A stretch of DNA of 64,000 bases from Mytilus edulis (lineage: Eukaryota): positions 13,578,001 through 13,642,000 of the forward strand of contig NC_092348.1 in assembly GCF_963676685.1 (NCBI RefSeq), read 5' to 3'. Both the position numbers and the translations under genes were made by a program. The notes below the pieces were generated by a model. The model saw nothing but the letters and a program-made list of their open reading frames with translations, had not been told where the DNA came from and searched no databases. How positions within the stretch are numbered: position 1 is the first letter of the stretch; each line of letters opens with the position of its first letter. This document shows positions 12,053 to 27,037 of this stretch, piece after piece.

Positions 12053-13825
12053 ATGTTTCAAAATTGTTTCAACAGTTGGTAAATAGGTGTATAAAACGCT
12101 TGATATATACAAACCTCTAAAGATTACAATCCAACAACAATTGTATCGTAGCACAACTTGACAAAGAATTTGAAAACAATAAACTAAATCCTTCGAAACG
12201 TAAATTTACTTTTTTTCCTTGTCATTTGATTGTTAAACTAAAATAAGTAGTCTATTGTTTTCAATTGAAACTTGTTGTTGTCTTTTAATTACATGTTCGT
12301 ATTACTGTCTGATTGACGTATAACAAACAAATCAATTTATTCTTATTTCTAGTTACTTCATTTGTTGCAAACCTAAATCAATTTCTAAAGGAAGTTTGTG
12401 TGTTTGTTAAAGAATTTTCCGCAGTGGCCCAATGAAAATTTATTGTATATTTACTGCGTACATAAAATCTGACTAGAGATAGAAAAAAGTAGTGGACATT
12501 TTCATATTAATAGAAACATGGATAACAAACATCTTTGTTTTTTTATCTATAAAACGAATTGAATTGGATTGTTTTTGTTGTGTTCCTTTTGTACAACATT
12601 GTATAAATTGTCCAATATCTTAAAACCTTCCCAATTATTCGGCGTCAGTGAATTAGACAACTGAGACAGCAATTTCATTGAGGAACGTCTATAATCTTTC
12701 TTTAATTGATATATTCAGACCTATAATCTAACCTTGACCACTACTTACAATGTTTATGAAGAGATCGGTTATTCACTCTCCCTCAGTTTTAGTTTATAAC
12801 CCGAATTTTTTTTTCTCAATCGATTTATGAATTTCGAACAGCTTTGTAATACTGTTGCCTTTATATAGGGTTCACAAAATATCAAAGATCAAGAATCTGC
12901 ATCATCTACGACCTTAACGAGTGAAATATCGATTGTTATTTCATATATATTGTTTGGTATTGACATTTACTGTGTATAATAACAGAGAAACAGGATGGTT
13001 TAGAAACTTAAATGTTATAAATTTGGAAGTTAAATTATGTATGATGATCACAGATTTTCGTAAATTTAACAAATACAAAGTCAACTCTGATTTCTAAATT
13101 TATAAACAAACAATCTCAATCCCATTATTATATAAGCCAACATTTTGGAAACAACTCCTTACTAACGCAATAAATAAGTGTTCATTCAGGTAGCATACCA
13201 TTTAAACACTTTGAATTTATCACAAAATGTTTTCAAAACAAGAAGATGTTTTTTCTACTTGTTTGAAAATCCTTACCTTTGATATAACTATATCGTATTA
13301 GGACAATTTAATTAAGTATTCTTGATACAGAGGTTTCTTTGTGAAGAATTGAATGTTTTCTATGTTAATTATTGGCTGGTTACATGATTAATATGAATAA
13401 CCCTATCTAAGCAACTTATATATTTTTTTCTTAAGTGTAGGTAAAAGGACATTTCATTATTGAAACACGTAAATTCATTAGTTCTGAGGTTTATGAAACG
13501 TATCCATAATGTATTTTTAATATATTACTGATCAATCGACAAACTAAATTTCTTTCAAATTATATGCAGTTCAATACTTCTAATGTAAACCTCTAATTCG
13601 CTTAGAATTGCGTTCGTTTTTATGCTAAATTCAACAACACACGTATTTGGTGTATTTAAATTTGCACCGTTTTTGTTATTTCATAAGTTGTAAATAAAAT
13701 GAATCAAAAAGTCCAATCTTTTGTCAAACTCAAATCTTTTCAAACATTTTATATTGGAAATCTGAATTGATTCTTTTTCTTTGTTTTAGGAAATTTCTGT
13801 TATTTGTCTTTTTCAAACCAAAACG

Positions 13826-13875
13826 AAACCTGATGAAGGCAGAGGTGTATATTAGTGTCGAAACATGCTGACCAC
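13826..13875 (+). ncRNA. Possible minimal hammerhead relic of a second type
   Basis: CTGATGA-A-GGCA...TGTC-GAAA-CATG-CT; helix II pairs, but the cleavage site and helix I are imperfect. Confidence 0.4.
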
Positions 13876-16105
13876 AATACAATAATGGCAATGCTGCAAC
13901 CAGGATGTTACTACCATTTTAAAGCCTGGATTTATGATTTTTGAAGGCAACCGCATCATACTTCGGTATACATCAAGATTACTCTACCTGTTTGTAAAAT
14001 CAGACGGTGTTTGTTCACTTGAATCAGTCATTCATTAAATGTTTTTTTATCTAATCTAATAAGTATTAATAGATTTACATACAGTCCTGTATTGCTTTTT
14101 ATCCTATTCTATTCCTTTTTTTACCACAATACAGAATTTACAAATAGTCATGTATAGTAACAGTTATTTTTCAGGCAATTTTGCCACAAGTTTGATAATA
14201 TATGCACAATTAACTTTTTACAAAATTTCGATTGGAATACCTGCAAGAACTTTAAGGCGACTTTATATTCATAGAGGCCATGTTTTAAAAGTTTTTTTTT
14301 TTTAATTAACACGGTTTCAAATATATTTTTCAAAGTTTGTTCGAAATGAACTATCAAATCAGATTAAAGTATTCAAAATAATACAAAACCATCATTCTGA
14401 ATGAAGGATGTAAAGATTGGATATCAGGGTTATGTAATGGAAAAAAAGACTGATAATACGTGATAATGAATGTTATCGGTAATGTACATTGTCCACGACT
14501 TTGAAATGCAACATAATTTTGCAATTTCCTCTTAAAATGCAGTTTTAAATATTAATACTCTGATAATTATCTATGGGGATATCTTTTAATTTATTAACTA
14601 TTAGATAAATTATATTACTAACTTTCGTAACGCTTTGGTAATTAAATACACCAAGAATTTAGAAAGAACCTTAACAAATTATATTTTACTTTACGATAAA
14701 GAAGGGGATGAAACATTTCATTTTGGCAAATCTCCTTAAAGTTTTTATCAACACAATTTGTGTAGAGATAATAAACAAATAAAGGATAATATTAAATTAA
14801 TTGATAACATTAACGGTTCCCATTGTACTGCCCAAAACCCATTGTACAACAGAAATGTCTCACACGTTCTTTGAAATGTTAAAAATGAACACTTAAAGCA
14901 TGTGGGTAAATCGATTTTATTAACACATTTTTAATTATTTAATTAATAGATGTTATGTAAAACATTTTCTTTTAGACATAATGTTCTTTGACTGAGTACA
15001 TCTTTTATCAATTAGTGCTCTGTCAAACAATCGGCATGTTAACTTATAGATACTAAAATAATCTTGATGAGGTAAATGTTGCATCAAACAAAGAGTATAT
15101 CAATAAATTTTTATTCAATGTTAGGTTGTAAAAACAATTTGAAGGTCACAAAAACATATTGATAATATTCTTATTCTTCTAAATCAAAGGAAATTTATCT
15201 CTGAAAATATCTTAATTTTGTTTACTCGTTATAGCATCAATATAAATTAGAACTGATTAGTATCTCTAACTATTGTGAGAACAGTGACGTAATACATATT
15301 AATATATAAACTATTCTTCTTATTTTGATAAGCTTTTTAGAGGGTTAGGATGTTTCGTTCAATCATAGAAGTTCACTTTATCTTGATATAGACAATTAGA
15401 CTTTTACATATTTCTTGTCACGAGAACATATGTTTGAATATGTTAACTTTTGGTATAACTATTGCAACGATAAAGTTTGATGGCTTACTCAAAACTGTGG
15501 GTAAAAGTTTTGGCTTTATGCATTATAAATAAGCACAGACATATATGCACTGCTTGTAAGCTAAATCACCAAAACATTTTTTCAACATATACGTGTCTTC
15601 ATTTCGACATTCATTATATAAATAATGAGAAATAATTATGTGTGTATCAATTCAGAAAAAAATGATACAGACAAAATAAAGAAACTGGACATCTTGCTAT
15701 ATTGAAAAATAGTGTAAAAATGAATTTTCATTTTTCGAATTAATTTCGTGTTTATTTGTATTTACGGTTAAGTGACTTACGTTAATTACTGAAAACGGTA
15801 GCAGTGGGACAATGATCTTTAATTGCCATATTAATACTAATCAACATTGAATCTGAATCGAGTCTTTAAGTTGCAAGACAAATATTGTCCTGACAATTAT
15901 AAATCCAAGCATTCATTTTCGCACACGACTGTTCCAATAACAACCACTTTCATGCGTGATTATAACGGCGAAATTCGTTGCATTTTCATGACAGACTGAT
16001 GTAAATGTCAAAAGGTATATGCAGAGAATAGGATCTTTATCAGTGTTTTGTGTTTTGTCGCCATGCCTTTTTGTTTTTCTTCGTTTACAATTTATTATTT
16101 GTTTT

Positions 16106-16396
16106 TATAATTAAGGAATGACTGTAATATGTTTCTGTCTACGCAGAAATAACATTAAAAAAAACGTGGTGCACACTGAATAACCCGTGTGCACCACATT
16201 TTTATCTTATTTCGAATAGACAGAAATAATATTACAATTATTTCTTATAATTTAATTCTAAATTCCATTTAAAACTTTAGTAAACCATGAAAATAGTTGA
16301 TGACGTCCCGGCCCATGACAAAAGTATGTCTTAGAGGTGATAAACCAAAAAACGTCAGCCAATCAGAAGACGCGTTTCATCTAAAATTAAATTATA
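16106..16396. mobile_element. Non-autonomous element with a long terminal hairpin (16111-16248) plus a body bounded by a short inverted repeat
   Basis: Hairpin arms taaggaatgactgtaatat...gtggtgcacac / gtgtgcaccac...atattacaattatttctta; body bounded by tataatttaatt / aattaaattata. Confidence 0.6.
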
Positions 16397-18587
16397 GATT
16401 AATGTTACAACACAGTATTTGCTGCTTAACTCCTATTTATGACTTTTTTTTACCTATAATGAAATTAAGTTTTGAAATTGGGAATATGTCACAGAGACAA
16501 CATCCAGACTAAAAGACAGATACCAGCCGAAGGACACCAATGGGTCTTCACCGCAGCGAGAAATTCCACACCCAGAGGAAGCATCATGTGGCCCCCGAAA
16601 AAAAAATTGTACTAGTTCAGTGAAAATGGAAGTCATACTTACCTTTGATAACTATTAATTCCAAAACATGAACTAAAATTAAAAATCTTACAAGACTAAC
16701 AAAGGCCAGATGGCCATCGGTCTGTTTTGTTCACATATTGCTGTCAATACAATGCCATTTTAGTCGACTTTCATACAAATGAGAGGCTGAGCAAACTATA
16801 AAATAATTTTCTTCATCGAGGAATGTTTGTACCAAGTCAGGAATATGACACTTGTGTTTCGTTCGTTTGATGTGTTTCAGCTTTATCGTTTGCAATTTGA
16901 TAAGGACTTACCAATTTGAATTTTTACCGGAGTTCGGTATTTTTGTTATTCTACTTTTAATGAAGGTTGGATAAGGCTTCTAATGATATTGACCTTGACT
17001 TTCAAATTTTGAATCGCAAATATCACAATATATTCTAAATTATTCATATTTTTGATATTGAGTTCTGTTAATGTTATATTATTCCTTCGTGCTATCTATT
17101 ATATGACTTGGATAAATAGTCAGTAACTTCTGCGTTCTAATTAATTTCCTTGCCAGAGTATTCACATCATTCAATGGTAGTGAAATGATGTTGTAACATG
17201 GGTATTGTAGTCGTATTAATCAGTGTATGGATACAATTACAATGCCCGGTTGTTGTAAAGATGTCTGATTTCCATTTGTTTTTATTGCTAGAGTTAAACG
17301 ACTTTTATTATTTTAGAACATTGATAGCTTCTGTTGTAATTGAACTCCCTTATATTTAAGGAAGTTAACGTAGCTTTATTTATAGTATCACTCACTTCTA
17401 TTGGACAATATCACGTCATTTTAAATGAATTAAAAGTCAAACACAGAAATAAACGATTGAACAAAAATTGAACAGGATCTGCTGTGTTTAGTACTTCGAA
17501 GAGCTTTCATTGAAAATTTTCAAAATTGTAAGCAGAGCTAAAAGGACTCGGATGCTTCAATATTAATTTTATTTTTGAACGTCTATATTTATTCTTGAAT
17601 TTTAAGTATTTTAACACCTTCAACTAGAAATGCTGAACCTGTATAAGCAGAGCTAAAATGACTCATATATTGATCAAACTTCTAAATAAAATCAACAGCA
17701 GTATATACCGCTGTTCGAAATTCACAAATCGATTGAGAAAAAAAAACAAATCCGGTGCACAAACCAAAACTGAAGGAAACATCAAATATAAGAGGAGAAC
17801 TACAACTACAACAGAAACACAACACTAAAATGTAACACACATAGAAACGAGCTATAATATAAAATTGGTCATTTTCCTGACTTGGTACAGGACATTTTTA
17901 GGAATAAAAATGGTGGGTTGTACCTAGTTTTATGGCTAGCCAAACCTCCCGATGTTATGACTATGTTTAATATAACATTAAAATGACAACATTACATTAC
18001 AGGACTACAAAACAAATAAATTGGAGAACATATAGGACAGAAAAACACACGAATAATACTGTGGATTAATAATTATTCGTTAGATACCAATTTTCGTTGA
18101 TTTCTTTGCGACCGCCAAACCACGAAAATAAATAACAAACATTTTCTTCAGGCTTGTATGCAGACTTTGGCAAAACCACGAAATTAAATACCCACGAACA
18201 TGTAAGATTTTCTTGATCCACGAAGTAGATACCAATCAATTAATTACTAATAAATATTCACTCATCCGTAAGTATAAAGGTCAGCAATGGCATTTTACGT
18301 TTAGTAATCCTCAGTTCTACGACTTTCCTAGAAGCAGTATATCAAGTACAAAGATCCTGATTTGAAACCCATACTATGACATTCTGTATTAACTAGGATA
18401 TATAAACGCGTGATCTTATGGTTTTGAATGCAGACAACCTTTAACTTTGAAATATTATAGCAGCAGTAAATAATAATGCTAACTATTTATCCCTTCTCGC
18501 TTGTTTGCTGGTAACTTTGTTTCAATGTTTTCCTTACTAATCAATATTGAATACTGGGCCTATTGAGCCCACAATCGTGCACTTTAA

Positions 18588-18811
18588 GGATGTACATAGG
18601 TGAGGTTTTGGAGTTTGTGTCAAATGTTCGGACTCCTTGTTTTTTTCCATACATTGTAAGCTTAAATAGTTTGCCCCATAACATCCATTTATATGTTCAT
18701 ATAAGACTTAATAGCTCATAAAAGGTCATTTTTTTCCTTAACTATTTCCTATTCTCATTTATAGTATCAATTTTGTTTCCTGGTTTTTTTCAATTTCATC
18801 TTAGTACGTCC
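18588..18811. mobile_element. Possible short MITE (Kolobok-like GG..CC termini, TTAA/TTAC flanks)
   Basis: TTAA|GGATGTAC ... GTACGTCC|TTAC; 7/8 TIR match. Confidence 0.4.
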
Positions 18812-19703
18812 TTACATTTTGTTAGTCTTAAAGGGCAGATTTGGCTGGAATCATAATCAATAACATAAAAAAACACAGATACAATTGATTGAGTCAGTCG
18901 ATGAATATATCCGGCAACCCTCAAACTAGTACTTGAAAAAGAACACGTAGATACAAATACGGAAGTAAGGCGATAACAATATATTTTATTTTCTCGATTA
19001 ATAAGAATTAACAAAAGAAAAAATGGGTCTGGTATTAAATGCATGGTTTTTTTTTTAGTTGTTATTGGCTTTCAACTAACTGTAAATAACTGCAAGTACT
19101 CTCAAGTCTGTATTAAGTGTCTTTTTAGTTGTTGGGACGTACAAGTACGCGGTCACGTACACTCATTGCATGTTTTTTTTGTATTTGTATTTCTATTTGT
19201 ATCCATCTGCTGAGTAAAGCCGTTTTCAATGGAATTTTATAGTTCGTTCTTATGTTGTTCTGTTACACCACTGTCCCAAATTAGGGAAGGGTTTGGATCC
19301 CGCAAACATGTTCAACCCCGCAACATTCTGTACGTATGTATATAAATGAAGATGTGGTATGATTGCCAATGAGACAACTCTCCACAAACAACTATTGGTC
19401 ACCGTACGGCCTTTAACAATGAGCAAAGCCCATACCGCATAGTCAGCCATACACTGTCTGGAGAGTAGAATTCTGAAAAAGTCGTTTTGATTTTCTTCAG
19501 AATTGCAACTAGATATGAAAAACTAATTCGCTTTTCACTCGTCTGGATATCCAAACTATATAAGTTTTTTAAAAACAATTGTTTATTACTAGATCTGCAA
19601 AATGCTCAACGAATTATCTTTCAAATTTTTATTAATGTATATCAAAACTGGGCGTCAGACTGATTCAAACAAAACCCTCAATGAAAGCTAAATCTTCTTG
19701 ATA

Positions 19704-20796
19704 TCTATACTATTAAACGAGAGAACTCATTTTGTGTGTCGCTTCTCTTCTTTACACAATAAATTAATCATCATGCCTCTGTGTCCTATAGGTACAGTGT
19801 ACAGTCGCATTTGTTATCCATTGATATGATTATTCAGATTGAGTTATTTTGGGAGAAAAACGAGAAAATAGGCATCCGGATATTGTTTCCGTCATTGGGT
19901 GAAATTTGAAGTCATATTAGACCTCCGGTTTGCGTTTTTCTGTATTCTTTGAACATACATATACTACGAATAAAGTGTATTTAAGATCTGCTATCTATCT
20001 GCCACCGGCGTGGACCGATTAGTAAACTGAGAATTGAAAAGTAAAAAGCAAGTAAACTTTATTTACAGTAATGAATGTTCATAATATACAGTTAAACGCT
20101 AAAATTATGCATGTGTTGATAAAATTAATAGAAATTAAAAAAAAATGGGAATTTTTGAAAAATATTGCAGGAGCTGGGCTAGAAATATAATTGTCCTGTC
20201 CCAAAGTACCTTTACCTTTTGATACCTTTTCTGAAATTATCCATTCATTAAATCTTTTACAAAAATTCATTGATTACAAAAAAAAAAAAATATGTGGTAT
20301 GATTGCCAATGAGACAACTCTCCACAAGAGACCAAAATGACACAGAAATTAACAACTATAAATCACCGCACGGCCTTCAACAATGAGCAACGCCCATACC
20401 ACATAGTCAGCTATAAAAGGCTCTGAAATGCAATGTTAAACAATTCAAACGAGAAAACAAACGCCGGACCTTATTTATGTACAAAAAATGAACGAAAAAC
20501 AAATATGTAACACATAAACAAACGACAACCACTGAATAACAGGCTCCTGATTTGAATGTTAATAATATACTAAATGTTACTATGTTCATATTAAAATGAA
20601 TAGAAAACAAAAAAAAATGGGAATTTTGGAAATAAAGGAGGGATAAAAAAATATTTTCCTGTCCACAAGTACCTATAACTTTTGATACTTTTCATGAAAT
20701 TCTCCAGTCATTAAATCTTTTACAAAAATTTTCCTACAACACTTTACATAATTCAACCACGCTCTGAATGCCCGCGATTTCGCGGGTGTGTTCTAG
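19704..20796 (+). mobile_element. Non-autonomous Helitron
   Basis: 5' A|TCTATACTATTAAA; 3' GC-rich hairpin CCCGCGA-TT-TCGCGGG (20771-20786) followed by CTAG|T. Inserted between A and T with no TSD. Contains an internal ~190-bp duplicated unit and a nested repeat fragment at ~20291-20551. Confidence 0.85.
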
Positions 20797-21059
20797 TGAT
20801 ATTTATTAATACAAAATCGTTTAATTTATTTTTGCAAATGTTTTGGTAGTTACAATCAATGTTCCTACCAGTAAACAAATAGTGCAACTGTTTTCGAAAC
20901 TTCTCTTTATTCTTCTTTTAAAAAAAATATATTAAGATGATGACCTTCCATAAATGATTGAGTAACTGTTGACAGGATCCAACCAAATGAACTTGACACA
21001 ATGACATAAGGAATACAGTTCAGTCAACTCCAGACCTTGATTTAATCTTTTAATTAACA

Positions 21060-21530
21060 ATAGGGCTTATTTTAAAAACTAGGATCTATTTCAGTTTTTA
21101 ATTTGTGCCCTTTAATTTTTATGTGGATGTACATTCCAGAAGCACCTGCAAATGTAGTATATTTCACCCAGTTGATATGTTATCCATGTGTTGCTTTTCA
21201 TATCCTGATTTCCCTGATAGTATTCTAACAATGAAGCTGTCGAAGGAAGGGTTTCAAATAGTTGACTTGAAGTCACTTCTTCGAAAGTTTTACAGATGCT
21301 GTCGTATTTTCTTATGCCTGGTTTGAAACACATGTGCTGCAGATGGCCATGGACACAATCCATGTGTCGTATTCATCATCACGTTCTTTACTCTGTAATT
21401 TTGATATAACCGGATGTGCCTTATTGCCGGCTTAAATTAAAATTGCTAACGCAACGGCCGCAACAAGTGGGGCGTACCATTCAAACCCCCCGAAATACAA
21501 CTTTATGGGATTTGTGGTGCTCAATCAAAT
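21060..21530 (+). pseudogene. Highly degraded Penelope-like RT C-terminal fragment and tail
   Basis: Translates to IPEAPANVVYFTQL...PDFPD...LTMKLSKEGFQIVDLKSLLRKFY, homologous to 29532-29852. Confidence 0.6.
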
Positions 21531-24500
21531 ACTTGCTGTTGGTGTCTTTTCTTTGTTGTTTTCATGTGTGTGCTATATACATATAGCTATTTTAATTTAT
21601 GCCTGCATTTTTCTATCGGTGAAAGTGTAGTCTATTATTTGTCCTAAAGGCAGTGTTATCATTCCCAACGTTAACATTCGCCGACTTTCATTGTCAGGAT
21701 AATTTTAATATGATGAAGGATAATCAAATCTGTAATGTTTCATATTACCCACAGTTTTATAAGATTCTGTTTGCAAATTCCGTTATTTCAAATAGGAATT
21801 ACACCACGGTTACGCTTCCAATTTTCAAGTTTAAATGACAGCAAGTCTTACAAATTCGCATGATTTATTTCTATACGAACTTAAAAAATGTAAAATTCAG
21901 ATAAATGCGGACAGAATGTTGATGCATACATCTACAGTGTCTAAGTAGAAGGTTGAGAACCAGGATTATGTCAAAGCACGTTTAATTTTCCTTTCGAAAA
22001 ATACATCATCAGAAGATATCAAGACCTAATTAATATATATGCTGTATCAACATCACAAATTATATATGATGGTTATGAGTAGATATTCTGGATACTGACG
22101 TTGTTATCATAATAAATACGTGTTATAGTTCTCTGTTTTCGTCTATATAAATATTATTTTTTACTGTTAAGTCCATTTTGGGGAAATGTTTTAGGCAAAT
22201 TCTATGCATACCGTCAATGTGTTTTTGTGCTGTGGTCATTGTGTGTCTTCTTGTCTTTCATTTTTTACTTATGTGCTTAGTCTATATGCCATTTGATTTT
22301 CTAAGCTGACATTTGTGTTTGTTTTCATAGTGATAAAGACTATAACACAATGTTGACTGCTTTACCACTTTTTTTCAACATTTTTACCTACTGCGTTAAT
22401 GGAACTATCGGGATGGCTATGAAACAGATTTGAACCACATTTTCCACACAAGTCGGGGATATGCTAGTTGTTTCCATTCGTTTGATGCGTTTGAGGTTTT
22501 GATATTGCCATTTGATAACGGACTTTGAAGTAAAGATGTTTTGTAATTTCACTTATTTATTTAAGAGGCCTGTACAATCCAAATGGAATGACTTTCTTCA
22601 TGAGAGACAATATGGCCGCTCTGAAGATTAGAAAATTACACAACATTTTGACATATGATAAGGTGTGTTAATTACATAAAAGGTTTAAATCCATCTTCCT
22701 TTCGTTTATGTTTTAGACAAAAGTTCCCAAATACCTGCAACTTATATTTGACTGAAACTTAGCAACAAAAAAAACAGACCAGAGATTTTACTTACACATT
22801 GCTTCTTATAAAAGCAATAATATATAAAAAAAAAACATGTTTTTTCTAAGTAAGATTTTGATACCAGCTGTCGAAAAAAATCATAATATTTGTTTACTTT
22901 GGCATGCGATTATAGTGATGATTTATCTCCCAGACAAGTACTTATATTTATTTTCTTGCAAATTGCACGTCTATGGTTTCCGTGAAATATGTTACATCGG
23001 ATACTGTCGAATCATTTGAATGAAAAAACAGATAGCACTCGACTCTTGCAGTATCTAGTATATGTAAGTTCTAGTGGTACGAACGTTCTCATAATAAAAA
23101 GCGAACAAATTAAATGTAAAATGATGTTTGCCTTTCTGCTTCTTAAATAATAGTCTTTAATTCTGTGTTCATTTTTAATTACTTTAATTAATCATGATGC
23201 TATTTTTATCTCGTACATACATTGTGTGTCGAAAGCACATGGTTTGCTGTTGTATAATGCTTGATCACTAGCTTGGTCTTATCAGTATGCTTCATGTGGA
23301 GTAACGTGACGAATATGACAAGTGGAGACGTATATGCTGCCCTTTCAGGAGCGGACCTCCTCAATTCACCATCGGTTTATTGTTGTTTTTTTTTTTTGTA
23401 GATTAGCCTAGCTTATAGGTAACATTATACTATAAGATTTTGAAGGCGCAACGATTTAAGGAATATAACATGGTATTCAGAATTAAGCGTGTGCCCAGCA
23501 GGCAGAGCAACGTTGATTCAACATTGAATAAACGTCAGCTTTCAGCGTTGAATCAATATTCAAGAGTTAATGTAAATTGAAACTCGAAATGTGTTGATAA
23601 TAGGATGTTGAACATTTGTTAACACCTTAATTCATTACCCCTTATTACATCCACCAAAGCCATGTTATATGTTGTAAAACTTTCGCAAAACTATATGTAC
23701 TGAGTAGAAGTATTTTTGTGCGGTGGTTGATGGCTAATCCTGATTGGTCGACATGTGCGCCCGTTATTTTTGTTTTATTAAATAAAGAGACTTCGGGCAC
23801 TCTGCATTATACCAAAGGCAAAATAAATAATTTCCTTATCCCTAACGGAACTGAGATGTCTTGCTAACGCTAGGATGATTGATACACGTGTTTTAAGTTC
23901 AAAATTGATAGGCATGGTAGATATGTACAAATTACGTTAAGAAAAGCAACGGGACCTACATTTTTGGACCAAAAAATACTGATCGAATATTTATTCTTAA
24001 ATTCTATTAAGGTTTCGTGAAAAAAATCAACTTTCTAAACAAAAACTCGAAAAAAGCTACCATTACAGCCTATGGGGAAATTAGTTGTTTATTACAATCT
24101 GGATGTCTGTTTTGGGTGGATCATCTTTGTATGTGTGATGTTGTGTGGGTGCTTTTGTGTAGATCAGCCTGATATTTGTGATCTTTTGTTGTTTGCCTTT
24201 ATGTTTGTTGTTCTCTGTGTCCGTAGTAATATTTTTCCTACTGTTTCTGTTTTTATCACCCCTTATGTATTTTATGTCTTTCTATCTTCATTCTATTGAT
24301 TTAACTGTAATAAAAAGTGTTTTTCAAAAGCCTCACCAATCTTAAAACAGTTAGTTATAAAAAAAAACTCATTACGAGATGCAAATATTGTTTTAAATGC
24401 CCTGACGTATTAGAGCTGTAAACATAATTAAAAGAAAACATAAAATAAAACCACATCAGATAAAATAATCATTTGCAATGCAACGGTTTTTACCAGAAAA

Positions 24501-25429
24501 TAATTGCTAAAACATTCTAATGGTTTTGAAAAGTGAAGTCAAATCAACATATTCTACAGATAAGCACGTTCAATTGACACATTATTTGATTGAATTTAAT
24601 GAAGTGAAAGTACTATATCAATTTACACTTTTTTCAATCATTTTAATTTTCAATCTTAAAACTTTTTAAAAATCTATTAGGTCCGTAAAATGGATTGTTC
24701 TATGCGTCTGCCATTTAACGGCTGGTAAAATCTTTTTAATGTTAGTGATAACGAAAAATCGCTACCTTCATAATGTTTATCAGAAAATGTAGATTTGAAA
24801 ATTAATTTCCATTTGCAAATCTGTCTCTTCTGTTACGTGTTTTTTTTTTAAAGTAACTCAATTTTCTCGTTTGCCTGTTTTTCTCTAGTAAAAGTTCTTG
24901 CAACCTCTGTTACAAATAAAGGTCACAGTAGTTTACCGCTGTTCAAAAGTCATCAATTGATTGAGAGAAAACTAATCAGGGTTACAAACTAAAACCGAGG
25001 GAAACACATCAACCTTAAGAGGAAAACAACCACGAACACCAGAAACACTGAAGTGCAACAATACAAACGCCAACATACATTAAAAAATCATATTGTTGAC
25101 TTGTTATAGTACATTTTAAGATAAAATGGTGGGTATCTAGCCAAACCTCCCGCTTATATGACAACGTAAATAATTATTGCTAAACAAACGCGAGAACACT
25201 CAGCACAGAGAAACGTAAAAATAAATAATATAATAGTACATTATTGCATGTTAACCGCAGAATAACAATAACCAAATTTCATTAACGGCAGCACAGGACA
25301 CCACAAACACCGATGTATGTTTTGTGATGTATAGACAATCTTAAGATTCATACAATTAAATGGGGCGAAATCCAAAACAATATGAGTCTTAATAATTATT
25401 ATGAGTATTACGGTATGAAAATATGAATA

Positions 25430-25805
25430 AGGAAAAGTGGTATGATTGTCAATGAGACAACTCTCCACAAGAGACAAAATGACAGAAATTAACAAATATA
25501 GGTCACCGTAAGGCTTCTACACTGAACAAAGCCCATAACGCATAGTCAGCTATAAATTAAAAGTCATCAAAATGACAAATGTAAAACAATTCAAACGAGA
25601 AAACTAACGGCCTAATTTATGTACAAAAAATTAACGAACAACACATATGTAACACATCAACAAACAACAACCACTGAATTACAGACTCCTGACTTGGGAC
25701 AGCTAAATATCTACATACAGAATGTGGCGGGGCTAATTATGTAACCGGGATCCCAACCTTTCCCCTAACATGGGACAGTGATGTAACAGTTCAGCATAAT
25801 AACGA
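25430..25805 (+). mobile_element. Interspersed repeat copy (family gatgtggtatgattgccaatgagacaactctcc)
   Basis: Homologous to 50925-51340, 20291-20551, 19347-19450, 31840-32200 and 43850-43950; reverse copies at ~4660-4790 and 19060-19340. Confidence 0.7.
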
Positions 25806-26104
25806 AGGCACAATACCTTATCTATGGAAAATGTAATTTACTCGACTATACTGACAATTAAGTAGTAACGTGAAATGTACAACAGTATTAAAACTACAAA
25901 TGATAACACATAACACAATATCAAACAGTATCAACAAAAGAACATTATAACTAAATACATGAATGGTGGATGTTTAAATACCAAGACACGTATAAGACGT
26001 GGTAAAAATGTCATAAGTTAGTTTAGACACATACACATCGTATATATCAACTAATTCGTGACGATGTCTATACAATTTTTAACCCCCCCCCCCCTAATAC
26101 TGAT

Positions 26105-26300
26105 GAAGCAGTTAAGCAGCACACTCCTGTAAATGAAATGCGTATAGTTTGAACATGAACGAGCTTTACGTTATTAATTGAGATATTATAACACCATATA
26201 CGACGGAGAAGAAGGTATGTTTCTGCTGAGAAATGGTCAATTGTTAATTGGGGAGTTGAAATCATCCCGTGTGTCATAGATTTTAGTTTGAAGTGGTTCA
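26105..26300 (-). pseudogene. Degraded Penelope-like RT C-terminal fragment
   Basis: Minus strand reads QTKIYDTRDDFNSPINN*PFLSRNIPSSPSY, homologous to KTKLYDKRDDFSFPIVNFPFLSSNIPAAPAY. Confidence 0.65.
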
Positions 26301-27037
26301 TCTGTGTCAATGTTGAAGAAATGATCACGGTATGAAGCCGGCAGTTCTTCTTGTACAAGCCACACAATTGCACCCAAAAGTAATCAGTTGCTTATTAAGA
26401 TTTTCTTATAGCTAAGACCAATTATAGTCTAAATATGCACAATAAACATTTAAATGTGGGCATGTTTTATCTAGGAATAATTTAACATCGTTCTATGTAT
26501 CAATTAAACGAATTACGTTTTTCATGTAAACATCATCATCTATTTCAGTAAATGTTAAACATTTTACAAATGAAATTAGATATCTTTTATATTTTTCAAA
26601 TTACTTAATAACGAAATAACCACCCCCACAGTAATACATGGTAAAGTTTTATTATTCCTCTGTGATTTCATTATCTGCATTAGCGTATTCTAAAGTTCAT
26701 TAGAGTGCTATTATTAAACCGATTTTTATTTCGGTTACATAATGCAACAGAGAATAACATACTTGACCTATTTCATAACTTTCAATTCAATTCATTGTCG
26801 TCATAAATTTATTGAAAATAATTTTATTCTGGCTTTTCCATAATTTCCATAACTTAATGTCAATGTCAATGTGATTTTTATTGGGCTAACGTTGTAGCTC
26901 TCCCGTGCATTATTAACCGTTAATAGTTTTATTTAGTTTGTTGCTGTGCTCTCCATAAAGGTTCAAAAATTATCTTTGACTCTCCAATTGTATTTCCAGT
27001 ACACTTTAGACATCTTGGACACGGGTATATCATATCC

